The notes beneath the pieces are model-generated. The model was given only the letters and a program-made list of their open reading frames with translations, was not told the DNA's origin and ran no database searches. Position numbers and translations under genes: made by a program. Positions 1 to 8,172 of a stretch of 22,945 nt of DNA are shown one piece after another. Source of the DNA: Gemmatimonadota bacterium (lineage in GTDB: Bacteria; Gemmatimonadota; Gemmatimonadetes; Gemmatimonadales; GWC2-71-9); the NCBI GenBank assembly GCA_039586365.1, contig JBDHKN010000074.1, positions 1 to 22,945 on the forward strand, read 5' to 3'. The number at the start of each line of letters is the position of its first letter. Positions within the stretch are counted from its first letter, which is position 1.

Positions 1-921
1 CCTGCGCTCGTCGTTCACCCGGGTCCACGTCGCTCCGGCATCATCCGAGCGGTACACACCTCCCTCGGCTGCTTCCACCAGCGCCCAGACACGGTAGGGG
101 GCTGCGGGGGAGATGGCCACACCGATCTTGCCGATCGTACCCTCAGGCAGCCCCGGGTTCCTGGTGATCTCGGTCCAGGTCTCGCCGAAGTCGCTGCTCT
201 TGAACAGGCCGCTGCCGGGCCCGCCCGAAGACATGCCCCAGGACTTGCGCCACGCTTCCCACAAGGCGGCGTACATGATCGCCGGGTTGTTGGGATCGAG
301 TGAGAGGTCGACCGCGCCGGTTAGCTCGTCGCGGTACAGCACCTTGCTCCAAGTGACACCACCGTTGGTTGACTTGAACACACCCCTTTCCGGGTTGGGT
401 GCCGAGTGGACCCCGAACGCGGCCACCCAGACTGTGTTGCAGTCGGTGGGGTGAATCCGCACCCTGGCGATGTTCTGGGTCTCCGCGAGCCCCATGTGCT
501 GCCAGGTGCTACCGCCGTCAGTCGACTTGTAGACTCCGTCACCCTGCATCACGTTGCCCCTGAGTTCAGTCTCACCCATGCCGATGTAGACAACGTCAGG
601 ATTGGCCTCACAGACCTGCACCGCGCCCACTGATGCGCTGTTGATCTGACCGTCCGTTACCGGTCGCCAGTTGTTGCCACCATCGGTGGTCTTCCACAGC
701 CCCCCGCCAGTGGCACCGAAGTAGTACTCCAGCGGCCGCGCCGCACTTCCCGCCACGGCAATGGACCTACCCCCACGAGCCGGCCCGATGCTTTGCCACC
801 TGAGAGCGTCGTAGAGCTTCTCGGGGTAGGTCTGCGCCCTGGCAGGTGCTGGTAGCAGCAAACCTGAGAACACAACTGCCAGACTCGAGACCAATGGTGT
901 CAGACGACCACGAAATCGCAT
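1..921 (-). CDS. BNR/Asp-box (VPS10/sortilin-like) beta-propeller exported protein, usually annotated 'glycosyl hydrolase'; 3'-truncated by the window edge
   Basis: Absent from the ORF track because there is no stop codon in the window. Manual translation from ATG 921 (AAGGAG at 927-932 on the minus strand): MRFRGRLTPLVSSLAVVFSGLLLPAPARAQTYPEKLYDALRWQSIGPARGGRSIAVAG...YYFGATGGGLWKTTDGGNNW...YKSTDGGSTW...FKSTNGGVTW...FKSSDFGETW...YRSDDAGATW. Signal peptide ending ARA-Q; repeated SxDxGxTW Asp-boxes. Confidence 0.93.
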   Translation of the reverse strand, partial: MRFRGRLTPLVSSLAVVFSGLLLPAPARAQTYPEKLYDALRWQSIGPARGGRSIAVAGSAARPLEYYFGATGGGLWKTTDGGNNWRPVTDGQINSASVGAVQVCEANPDVVYIGMGETELRGNVMQGDGVYKSTDGGSTWQHMGLAETQNIARVRIHPTDCNTVWVAAFGVHSAPNPERGVFKSTNGGVTWSKVLYRDELTGAVDLSLDPNNPAIMYAALWEAWRKSWGMSSGGPGSGLFKSSDFGETWTEITRNPGLPEGTIGKIGVAISPAAPYRVWALVEAAEGGVYRSDDAGATWTRVNDERR

Positions 922-1091
922 AACTGTCTCCTTGGAGGATTACACCCAACTGAACGTTCAGTCTGCTGGAGGGGAAATGTTCGCGGATAGTATAGCACCA
1001 AGGCAACTGGTCGGCGAGAAGCCCCGTACGGCTGCGGGATCACTGATTTATGTTAGCTTAATCTGTGTATTTCTCTGGAGGCAGGGTCAGT

Positions 1092-1610
1092 TTGTTGCAT
1101 CGAGTAGGTTCTCTCGCCACTCGAGTGGCACTCGTAGCCTGCTGCGTTGCACCACGGGGCGCAGGCGCTCAGGTCGACAGCGCGACTGTAGAGCAGGCCA
1201 GCCCGGCGGTGGACCCCCAAGTCGAGCAGGAAGCCAGCGAGCTGTTCAACAAGGTGATGAGCCCGTTCTGTCCCGGCAGGACGATCGCCAACTGCCCGTC
1301 ACCGCAGGCGGCCGAACTGCAAGTCACCATCAAGGAGAAGCTCTCTGAGGGAGATTCGCCGGAGCAGATCGAAGCGGAACTGTATGCCACCTTCGGCGAT
1401 GATATCCGGGCCATCCCACGGGCGCGTGGCTTCAACCTGCTGGCGTGGGTGGTGCCCGGGCTGTTCTTCGTGCTCGGGGTTTTCATGGTGGGCCGTTGGC
1501 TAACCGGACTGAAACCGGCCGTTGCTGGTGCGAACTCCGCTGCCGCGGCCGGCGCTGGATCAGAATTCGACGAGCGGATTCAGCAGGAACTGGCTGAGAT
1601 TGACGACTGA
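1092..1610 (+). CDS. ccmH: Cytochrome c-type biogenesis protein, CcmH/NrfF-like (variant Cys motif)
   Basis: Signal-like N-terminus; MSPFCPGRTIANCPSPQAAEL...IKEKLSEGDSPEQIEAELYATFGDDIRAIPRARGFNLLAWVVPGL followed by a TM helix matches the CcmH N-terminal domain layout. Start placed at in-frame TTG 1092 behind GGAGG (1077-1081); GTG 1065 is an alternative. Confidence 0.8.
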   Translation: MLHRVGSLATRVALVACCVAPRGAGAQVDSATVEQASPAVDPQVEQEASELFNKVMSPFCPGRTIANCPSPQAAELQVTIKEKLSEGDSPEQIEAELYATFGDDIRAIPRARGFNLLAWVVPGLFFVLGVFMVGRWLTGLKPAVAGANSAAAAGAGSEFDERIQQELAEIDD

Positions 1611-1720
1611 CGATTGACGACTGACGATCTGACTGACGAATGCGGAGGATCGACCCGACTACCTCAACATTCGTCACTCGTCACTCGTCAATCAGCCGTC
1701 GTCAATCGCTAATCGTCAAT
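1598..1720. repeat. Inverted pair of heptamer tandem arrays (TGACGAN / NTCGTCA)
   Basis: Left: TGACGAC TGACGAT TGACGAC TGACGAT ctgac TGACGAA (1601-1640). Right: seven in-register heptamers TTCGTCA CTCGTCA CTCGTCA ATCAGCC GTCGTCA ATCGCTA ATCGTCA (1670-1718). Innermost TGACGAATG / CATTCGTCA pair perfectly. Confidence 0.92.
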
Positions 1721-2960
1721 TCGCCGCGGCGACGCGCTCGGCCTCACGCCAGATCCGCAGCGTATTCTCACCCCAAATCTTCTTGATATCTGCTTCGGAA
1801 TAGCCGCGCCGCACTAGTTCGATCGTTACGTTCAGTGCCTCGCTGGCGTCGTTGAACCCTGTTATCCCGCCGCCACCATCGAAATCCGTTCCAACGCCCA
1901 CGTGATCGATTCCGATGAGGTTCACGACGTAGTCGACGTGATCGGCCCATGTCTTGAGGTCTGCCTGGGGCCACCTCTCGTCCAACTCCGCCCGGCGCCG
2001 CATGTACTCTTGCCGTTGCTCGTCGGTCATCGCTCTACGGGCCTCGCGGCTCGTGAGCCCCATTTCTTCAGCCAGCGCATCGAGAGCCGCCGTCTTTTCG
2101 GGCGGATCCTGCTTGAGGAAGCTGCCCAACGCCACAACCTGGATCACCCCACCGTTTTCCTTGAGCGCGAGGAGCTGCTCATCGTCGAGGTTGCGCGACT
2201 CGTCGGCAAGCGCCCGTGCGCCCGAGTGTGACGCCATGATCGGCGCGCGGGAAATCTCTGCCGCCTGCATCATGGCCTGCTTCGACACGTGGGAGACATC
2301 CACGATGATCCCCAACCGATTCATCTCGGCGATCACTTCCCGGCCAAAGTCACTCAGGCCACCGTACTCTTCCTCTGCGTCGCCGAGTTCTTCGCGTGGG
2401 TTACAGGAATCCGCGATGTCATTATGGCCGTTGTGTGTGAGGGTCATGTAGCGGGCGCCGAGTCCGTGGTATTTCTCGAGCAACGAGATGTCCTTGCCGA
2501 TAGCGTAGCCGTTCTCGATTCCGATGCACGCCGCGAGCTTGCCCGCCTCGTGGATGCGCACTACGTCATCGGCCGTGTAGGGGATTTCGATCTGGTCGGG
2601 ATACATCTCCTCCGCCATGCGGTGAATGGCGTCGAACTTGACCATCGCGTCGGCCTTGACCTGCTCGTAGTTCTCGGGAGTCCGCTCGGTCTGACCGACG
2701 TAGACCGCGAAGAACACCGCGTCCAATCCGCCTTCCCGCATCTTGGGGAGATCGACCTTGCGCTCGCCGCGGATACCGGGGTCCTGCTCCGGCGTGGCGA
2801 AGTTGGACCCGATGTCCACGTGGGTATCCATGGTGATGAGCTGACTGTGTATCTCGGTCGCCCGGGCGAGGATCTCTTCCTCGCTCATTTCGCTGCCGCA
2901 CGCGGTGGCAACAGAGGCAATGAGGCAGACGGAAAGCAATCCGATAAATGAACGGTTCAT
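1716..2960 (-). CDS. Membrane dipeptidase (peptidase family M19), predicted lipoprotein
   Basis: Motifs DTHVD, GIENG, TLTHN, VDVSH, ASHS, GTDFDG typical of M19 amidohydrolase-fold dipeptidases. Start moved to ATG 2960 (GGAGG just upstream), giving MNRSFIGLLSVCLIASVATA-C with a lipobox-like end. Confidence 0.93.
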   Translation of the reverse strand: MNRSFIGLLSVCLIASVATACGSEMSEEEILARATEIHSQLITMDTHVDIGSNFATPEQDPGIRGERKVDLPKMREGGLDAVFFAVYVGQTERTPENYEQVKADAMVKFDAIHRMAEEMYPDQIEIPYTADDVVRIHEAGKLAACIGIENGYAIGKDISLLEKYHGLGARYMTLTHNGHNDIADSCNPREELGDAEEEYGGLSDFGREVIAEMNRLGIIVDVSHVSKQAMMQAAEISRAPIMASHSGARALADESRNLDDEQLLALKENGGVIQVVALGSFLKQDPPEKTAALDALAEEMGLTSREARRAMTDEQRQEYMRRRAELDERWPQADLKTWADHVDYVVNLIGIDHVGVGTDFDGGGGITGFNDASEALNVTIELVRRGYSEADIKKIWGENTLRIWREAERVAAAN

Positions 2961-3051
2961 AGGGCCTCCAATAGGCCGGGTAGTTCGGTTGTGGTGGAGT
3001 TGCCGGGAGGAAAGATAACGGAGCCTGTTGGTTTGGCTATCCATCGAGCAA

Positions 3052-3079
3052 GAGGGCGGCCCCCGGAGGGGCCGCCCTC
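3052..3079 (-). terminator. GC-rich 12-bp perfect hairpin, probable terminator of the 712-aa lipoprotein gene
   Basis: GAGGGCGGCCCC-cgga-GGGGCCGCCCTC, 24 nt past the stop at 3104; only a weak T tract (TTGCTC) follows on the minus strand. Confidence 0.6.
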
Positions 3080-3103
3080 GATCAACCAGCTGGTTTCGTA
3101 CAG

Positions 3104-5242
3104 CTAAGGTGAAGTTGGGCAGCTGATCGAACTGGACCCACCGCCCGGTACGATGCTGATGGTGCAGTAGCTTCGGAAGTCGGGGTACTGGGTGTTGCCT
3201 TGAGCACCCTTCCCTACCCTCAATGTGACGAAGAACCCGATCTGATCACCGAACTCGAGCTGGAAGTCCTGCGTCGGATCCGCTCCCATCAACGGATGGG
3301 AAACCTCATAGTAAGTGCGCGCAGCCGTGAAATCTTGGGAGAAGCCACCAGCGCCGTCACTAGTGTCATCGAGGTCGCCGCAGGCCGACTGGCCGTTGCT
3401 GTTCAGACACTTCTGCGACACATGCTTGTCCATGAACCGATCTGCCTCGGGCTGGCCGGCGTCGAAGACCAGGACTTCGTCGTTGAGCGCGGCGAAACCG
3501 TCGTTGTCCTCGTCGAAATCGAAGCCGAGGATGTTGACCTTGTCGTTTGCCGTCTCGACCTCGACGGACAGATACAGGCTCTCGCAGTCGTTGTACCACT
3601 TGAGTATGGCGTTCACCTCACCGCCCGAGATGTTCGCCGGGAACTGCCACGATGTGGCGGTCGCCCAGTTGGCGTCGTCGACGAATCCATCGACCAGAAT
3701 GGCAGGGCCGGGATCACACACTATTGCATCGAACGTGAGTACGCCCTGCGCCAGGTCGGCCACACCGCCCGTATGATCGGCGAAGACACCGCTACCGCCA
3801 GGAGGCGTATAACCCGCCGGTACGTAGTACCCTGCTCCGTCGCTGGCGATGCCGATCCCGTTGCCTCTTGCCAATGCGGTTATCTCACCGAGGGGACCCA
3901 GGGTCCACACGGCCTGAGCGATGCCGCTGGCGTCTGTGACGGCCGCCACGGCTGGGGGTGTTGTCTCGGTTCCCACTGTAATCGGACCATCTGCGCCCGA
4001 CGCCAGATCGAACCGTACCGTCGCACCTGCGACAGGGTTATCGTCCGCGTCGGTAACCAACACCTGCACCGTCTTATCCTCTCCGTCCTCCCCAACTTCG
4101 GGATTGGTCCACTCGTATTGCCTCATCTGGGACGGCAGCGCCCACACCATGGGGCTGTCGTCTCCAGGAGGGAGCATGCCACCCACGCCCCGGTCGCCGG
4201 CGTAGGCCGGCGGGGGACTGGACCACGGCGCCGCCACCCTCTGGAATAGGTTCCACCCACGCCGCGCCAGGTTCATGAGACGGCCAGAAGTAGAACCATC
4301 CAGCGCGAGATGCTCGCAGTCGAGACCGCTGAAGAAGGTGTTGGGCAGGGCCTCGACCACTCCGTCCTGCCGCTGATGGTGAATCTGTACTAGCTCGGCG
4401 TGCTGTGCAGGCACTCCTATAGGGCAGCTCGCCACGATCGAGCCGGCCACCAAGAGCCCCCCAAAATTTGGATCGACCGGTGTCACATCCATGCAGTTGG
4501 CGAATTGCGGCAAGTCGATGTCGAGATACCGGATGCGCCCGTCGGTTGTTCGGTAGTCATCACAGGAGAGGTTCTCCACGATGAACGCGGCCTGCTCTCC
4601 TTGTGCGACGGCGCCGGGAGCGACGTAGAGGCCGCAAGTTCCCTCATCGCAGACGGCCTGGCCACCATCGGAGTCAAACACCTGCACCGTGCAGTCGATC
4701 GCGTCTCTGGAACAGAGCACGTTTGCGGTGGCGAAGAAAGAGATCGGGATATTGCGGCCGTTATTGAAGCCGTAGATGGGATCCTGGGCCACGTCTCTAG
4801 AACTCCCGACTGGCTCATCCTGCCCTTGGACGTCACGGTACCCGAGTTCTGTCTCGCCAACGGAAAAGCAGATCCGGTACGGCTGCCCCGAGATGACACC
4901 GTTTTCCGGACCGGTCTGCCACCCTACAGAGTAGGTCTCACCCACTGGATCCACCGCGATCTCGTCGTGGAAGACCGCAATCGGATCGCCCTGAATACAG
5001 GTGTCATCATCCTCGTTTGCCAACGGGGCGATGGTGATCGTGGGTTCGAGAAAGTCGGCGAACTCTCCCAGTATCTCGTCAGGTTGCGGCCTGAGAGGTG
5101 GCAGGATGTAGAATCCCTCCGTCCCTCCGGTGGTCGCGTCAGACACTGCAAACTGCGGTGGTTGGATGTCGTCGAGCAGCAGGGAATCCTGACAGGCCAC
5201 TGCCAGGGCCGCTGCAAGCGACGCTAGTGCGATACGCTTCAT
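3104..5242 (-). CDS. Cys-rich acidic surface lipoprotein with a Big_1-like Ig domain and a C-terminal CBM9/DOMON-like domain
   Basis: MKRIALASLAAALAVA-C lipobox; AAGGAAAGGG upstream; VQVLVTDADDNPVAGATVRF...VTDASGIAQAVWTLG is a Big_1-type pattern; ILVDGFVDDANW...WYNDCESLYLSVEV...GFDFDEDND...YYEVSHPL resembles CBM9/DOMON-like folds. Domain names are from pattern recognition only. Confidence 0.8.
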   Translation of the reverse strand: MKRIALASLAAALAVACQDSLLLDDIQPPQFAVSDATTGGTEGFYILPPLRPQPDEILGEFADFLEPTITIAPLANEDDDTCIQGDPIAVFHDEIAVDPVGETYSVGWQTGPENGVISGQPYRICFSVGETELGYRDVQGQDEPVGSSRDVAQDPIYGFNNGRNIPISFFATANVLCSRDAIDCTVQVFDSDGGQAVCDEGTCGLYVAPGAVAQGEQAAFIVENLSCDDYRTTDGRIRYLDIDLPQFANCMDVTPVDPNFGGLLVAGSIVASCPIGVPAQHAELVQIHHQRQDGVVEALPNTFFSGLDCEHLALDGSTSGRLMNLARRGWNLFQRVAAPWSSPPPAYAGDRGVGGMLPPGDDSPMVWALPSQMRQYEWTNPEVGEDGEDKTVQVLVTDADDNPVAGATVRFDLASGADGPITVGTETTPPAVAAVTDASGIAQAVWTLGPLGEITALARGNGIGIASDGAGYYVPAGYTPPGGSGVFADHTGGVADLAQGVLTFDAIVCDPGPAILVDGFVDDANWATATSWQFPANISGGEVNAILKWYNDCESLYLSVEVETANDKVNILGFDFDEDNDGFAALNDEVLVFDAGQPEADRFMDKHVSQKCLNSNGQSACGDLDDTSDGAGGFSQDFTAARTYYEVSHPLMGADPTQDFQLEFGDQIGFFVTLRVGKGAQGNTQYPDFRSYCTISIVPGGGSSSISCPTSP

Positions 5243-5443
5243 GTGATCCCTTTCCTTTGTGAGGGCGACTGCACCAAGGAAACGTCTACTGTGTTTCTGG
5301 GTTGTTTATGGACTTCAAGCGTCGGGCCGAGGTCCAAGTAGCGCTTGAGTCGGCCCGCGACTGTCGTTGGCAATGGTGCTAGCTAGGCTGGACCGCTGGA
5401 GCGGACCGATCCGCAGCAGCGGGAACCAGCCATATCACACCTG

Positions 5444-7966
5444 CTACCCACTAGTGCCAGCGATCTCCCTCCAGCGTGGCTGTTGTCTCAATTCCCGGTA
5501 CCACCAAACGGTACCGGCAGATTCCGCGAAGTTGTGGTCCGGATGCGCTGCGACGTACCTCTTCAAGAGATCGATTCCCTCGTCGTAGTCTCCCGCTAGC
5601 GAGCGCATGATTGCTTCCACGTAGAGGAAGCGCTGGTGCGGGTCGTTGTCGTGCGTCACCTCGGTGCGCGCCTGTGCCAGTACTGTGAGGGCGCTGTCCG
5701 CGAGGTCGGCGCGGGCCAATGCTCCACCCAAGACCATGCGGGACTCAATACCGATGGATTCTCGCCAGGCGGGCGGTGTCAGTGTATCCAACGCGGCCAC
5801 CAACTCAGCCGCTCGGACCGGATCGGGCTCGACCGCAGGCGAGGCCAGCAACCACAGCTGGCAGAGGTTGAAGCGGTAGTCTCCCGGGTAGCGCCTGTAA
5901 CCTTCGCCGCACCAGCGCCGCGCCTGACTGAAGTTCTCTAGATCCAGAGAACTCCAGAACATGCGGTATAGCACGGCGTCGGCTTTGGCGAGATAGGCGT
6001 CTTCCTCATAGGCACGCTGCGCCGCCATCAGCGCTGCCGGTACGTCGTCCACTTGCGGCTGGTAATAGAGGTAGCTGAGTGTGATCTGCGCCTCTGCCAA
6101 TGACGGATCCGCAGCCACGGCCGCTTCCAGATCATCCTTGGCCTCAAACAAGAGCCGCTCCCACTCCCGCTGATCCGGTGTCACCTGCTGGCTGAACAGG
6201 ATCCACTTTAGCGTGCCGCGCAGGGCCAGGGCTTCTGGGTAGTTGTCCGCCATCGCCAGAGCCCGCTCGGCGCTTTCCAGCCCTGCTTCGATCCAGGGCA
6301 CCGCCGACTCGCCTTGCTCCAGGCGCGCGCGGTCGTGGGCCAGCCAACCGTGTAGTAAAACTGGTTCCAGCCAATACCGGTCCGCTTCCATGGCCCGCAC
6401 CAGCATCGAATCGGCTTGTTGTAGCGTTAGGATGGTCTGTTCACGCTCGTCCCGCGCTGCTAGGATCCCGGCATCCCTCCGCAACTGCTCCGACCGCTGC
6501 ACCAGCGCCCATGCTTCCACGCTCTCGGTGCTGGCGCGTCGTTCCCGGACCCGGATCTCTTCGCCGAGCCGCTGCCGTAGTAGCAACGACACAGCTTCGG
6601 CGACGGAATCCTGCGCCGAGAGCAGCTCGTTCTTTGGCAACTCAAAGCTGGCTCTGTCAAAATCCGCGCCGCTGGTACCCTCGATCAGCTGCGTAGTCAC
6701 CTTGACGGTGGTGCCGTCCTGAACCACAGTGCCTGCGATCAGACTGCCAGCACGCAGAATCTGTGCGATACTGTCGGACCCGATCAAGCCACGGCGATAG
6801 GGGGCCACCCCGTTGCGGGAAACGACATCGAGCCCCCGCACTTGCGCTAGGTTCTCAATCAGGCCCTCGGTGAGTCCGTCGGCTACATACTGCAGCTCAC
6901 CACCGGGACTCAGGTCCTGGAAGTACAGCACAGCGATACGGCGCGGGTCAAACAGGCCGTCAGTCGCGGCCACTTCGGGCCGCTTGGCTAGCAGCTGCCA
7001 ACCGCCAGCACCCAACACCAGGGCCGCCAATGCAGAGCCAATCGGTACGGCAACTTTGCGCCACCTCGATGGTTGCTTGGCCTGCCGCGCCCGGACCAGC
7101 GTGGACTTGCGTACCGCCGGCACGGTGCCACTCTCGAGAGCCTTGAGTGCGTCGGCGAACTCACCCGCGGTGCGGAACCGATCCGCGGGGGTTTTTTCCA
7201 TGGCGCAAATGATGATGTCCTGCAGCTCGTCAGGTATGCTCTGGCGCATGATCTGAGGCGGCGTAATGTTGTCCATGGTGTGCCGCGCCATGATCGCCTG
7301 CGCGTTGGGACCGGTGAACGGGATCTGCCCGACCAGCATCTCGTACAGCATGCAGCCCAAGCTGTACACGTCGGCCCGGGCATCGACGCTGGGGTCGCCC
7401 GCGGCCTGCTCGGGGCTCATGTAGGCTGGTGTCCCGACGGCCATGCCGGTTTGGGTGAGGTTATCCCCTCCCGCCGCACTGAAGGCCCGCGCGATTCCGA
7501 AGTCGCTCACTACCGCATGTCCGCCCGAGATCATCACGTTGTCGGGCTTGATGTCGCGGTGGATGATGCCATAGCTGTGGGCTAGGGCCAGCGCCTCCGC
7601 CACTTCGCGCGCGATCCGCACTGCTTCCTCAATGGACAGTTGCTTTTCCCGCTCGAGTAGATCGCCCAGCGACTCGCCCTCAACGAAGGGCATGACGTAG
7701 TAGAGGAATCCGTCCGCCGCACCGGAATCGTACAGCGGCAGGATGTGCGGGTGGCTCAGCTTGGCCGCGATCTTGATCTCGCGGAGAAACCGCTCGATGC
7801 CCAAGGATGCTGCCAACTCCGGCCGCAGCACCTTGACCGCTACTTGGCGCTCATGCTTGATGTCGTGAGCCAAGTACACTATAGCCATGCCACCGCTGCC
7901 GAGTTCATGCTCCACGGCATAGTCAGCGGCGAGGGCAGCGCTCAGCTTTTCGAGCAGCTCAGTCAT
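5444..7966 (-). CDS. Hanks-type Ser/Thr protein kinase with TM helix, TolB_N-like domain and TPR-like helical C-terminus
   Basis: LGSGGMAIVY, VAVKVL, HRDIKPDN, SDFGIA, GTPAYMSPEQ, DVYSLG; hydrophobic VAVPIGSALAALVLGAGGW; RRIAVLYFQDLS...ADGLTEGLIENLAQVRGLDVVSRN; repeated A-rich helical repeats. Start set at ATG 7966 (MTELLEKL); the ORF track start at 7999 is less likely. Confidence 0.95.
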   Translation of the reverse strand: MTELLEKLSAALAADYAVEHELGSGGMAIVYLAHDIKHERQVAVKVLRPELAASLGIERFLREIKIAAKLSHPHILPLYDSGAADGFLYYVMPFVEGESLGDLLEREKQLSIEEAVRIAREVAEALALAHSYGIIHRDIKPDNVMISGGHAVVSDFGIARAFSAAGGDNLTQTGMAVGTPAYMSPEQAAGDPSVDARADVYSLGCMLYEMLVGQIPFTGPNAQAIMARHTMDNITPPQIMRQSIPDELQDIIICAMEKTPADRFRTAGEFADALKALESGTVPAVRKSTLVRARQAKQPSRWRKVAVPIGSALAALVLGAGGWQLLAKRPEVAATDGLFDPRRIAVLYFQDLSPGGELQYVADGLTEGLIENLAQVRGLDVVSRNGVAPYRRGLIGSDSIAQILRAGSLIAGTVVQDGTTVKVTTQLIEGTSGADFDRASFELPKNELLSAQDSVAEAVSLLLRQRLGEEIRVRERRASTESVEAWALVQRSEQLRRDAGILAARDEREQTILTLQQADSMLVRAMEADRYWLEPVLLHGWLAHDRARLEQGESAVPWIEAGLESAERALAMADNYPEALALRGTLKWILFSQQVTPDQREWERLLFEAKDDLEAAVAADPSLAEAQITLSYLYYQPQVDDVPAALMAAQRAYEEDAYLAKADAVLYRMFWSSLDLENFSQARRWCGEGYRRYPGDYRFNLCQLWLLASPAVEPDPVRAAELVAALDTLTPPAWRESIGIESRMVLGGALARADLADSALTVLAQARTEVTHDNDPHQRFLYVEAIMRSLAGDYDEGIDLLKRYVAAHPDHNFAESAGTVWWYRELRQQPRWREIAGTSG

Positions 7967-8095
7967 CGGTGTATAGGCTTTCGACCTTATAGGTCCCAAG
8001 GCAGCCGGTTCGACTCACCCAGCGCCTGGCGGGATAGTGGTACATGCAGCCAGAGAATGCTGCCGGCTGGCACAGCCATGCGAGCGACTCTCATT

Positions 8096-8172
8096 TTGTT
8101 CCGTAGCGCGGGAACAATTCTAACGCTTGTTCGAGGATTTAGCCAGCCCTAATCCTCAACGTGGTTGAACAA
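8096..8172. promoter_or_regulatory. Cluster of inverted repeats in the divergent intergenic region
   Basis: TTGTTCC-N8-GGAACAA (8096-8117); TTGTTC (8127-8132) / GAACAA (8167-8172) enclosing GAGGATT-N11-AATCCTC (8133-8157). Confidence 0.4.

Noticed and set aside
1483..1677. 64-aa minus-strand ORF with SIVSRQS-like repeats
   Set aside because: Translation artefact of the heptamer array, antisense to the ccmH-like gene.
8007..8016. GGTTCGACTC, resembling a tRNA T-loop
   Set aside because: Flanks (GCCGG / CACCC) do not form a T stem and no cloverleaf or CCA end can be built.
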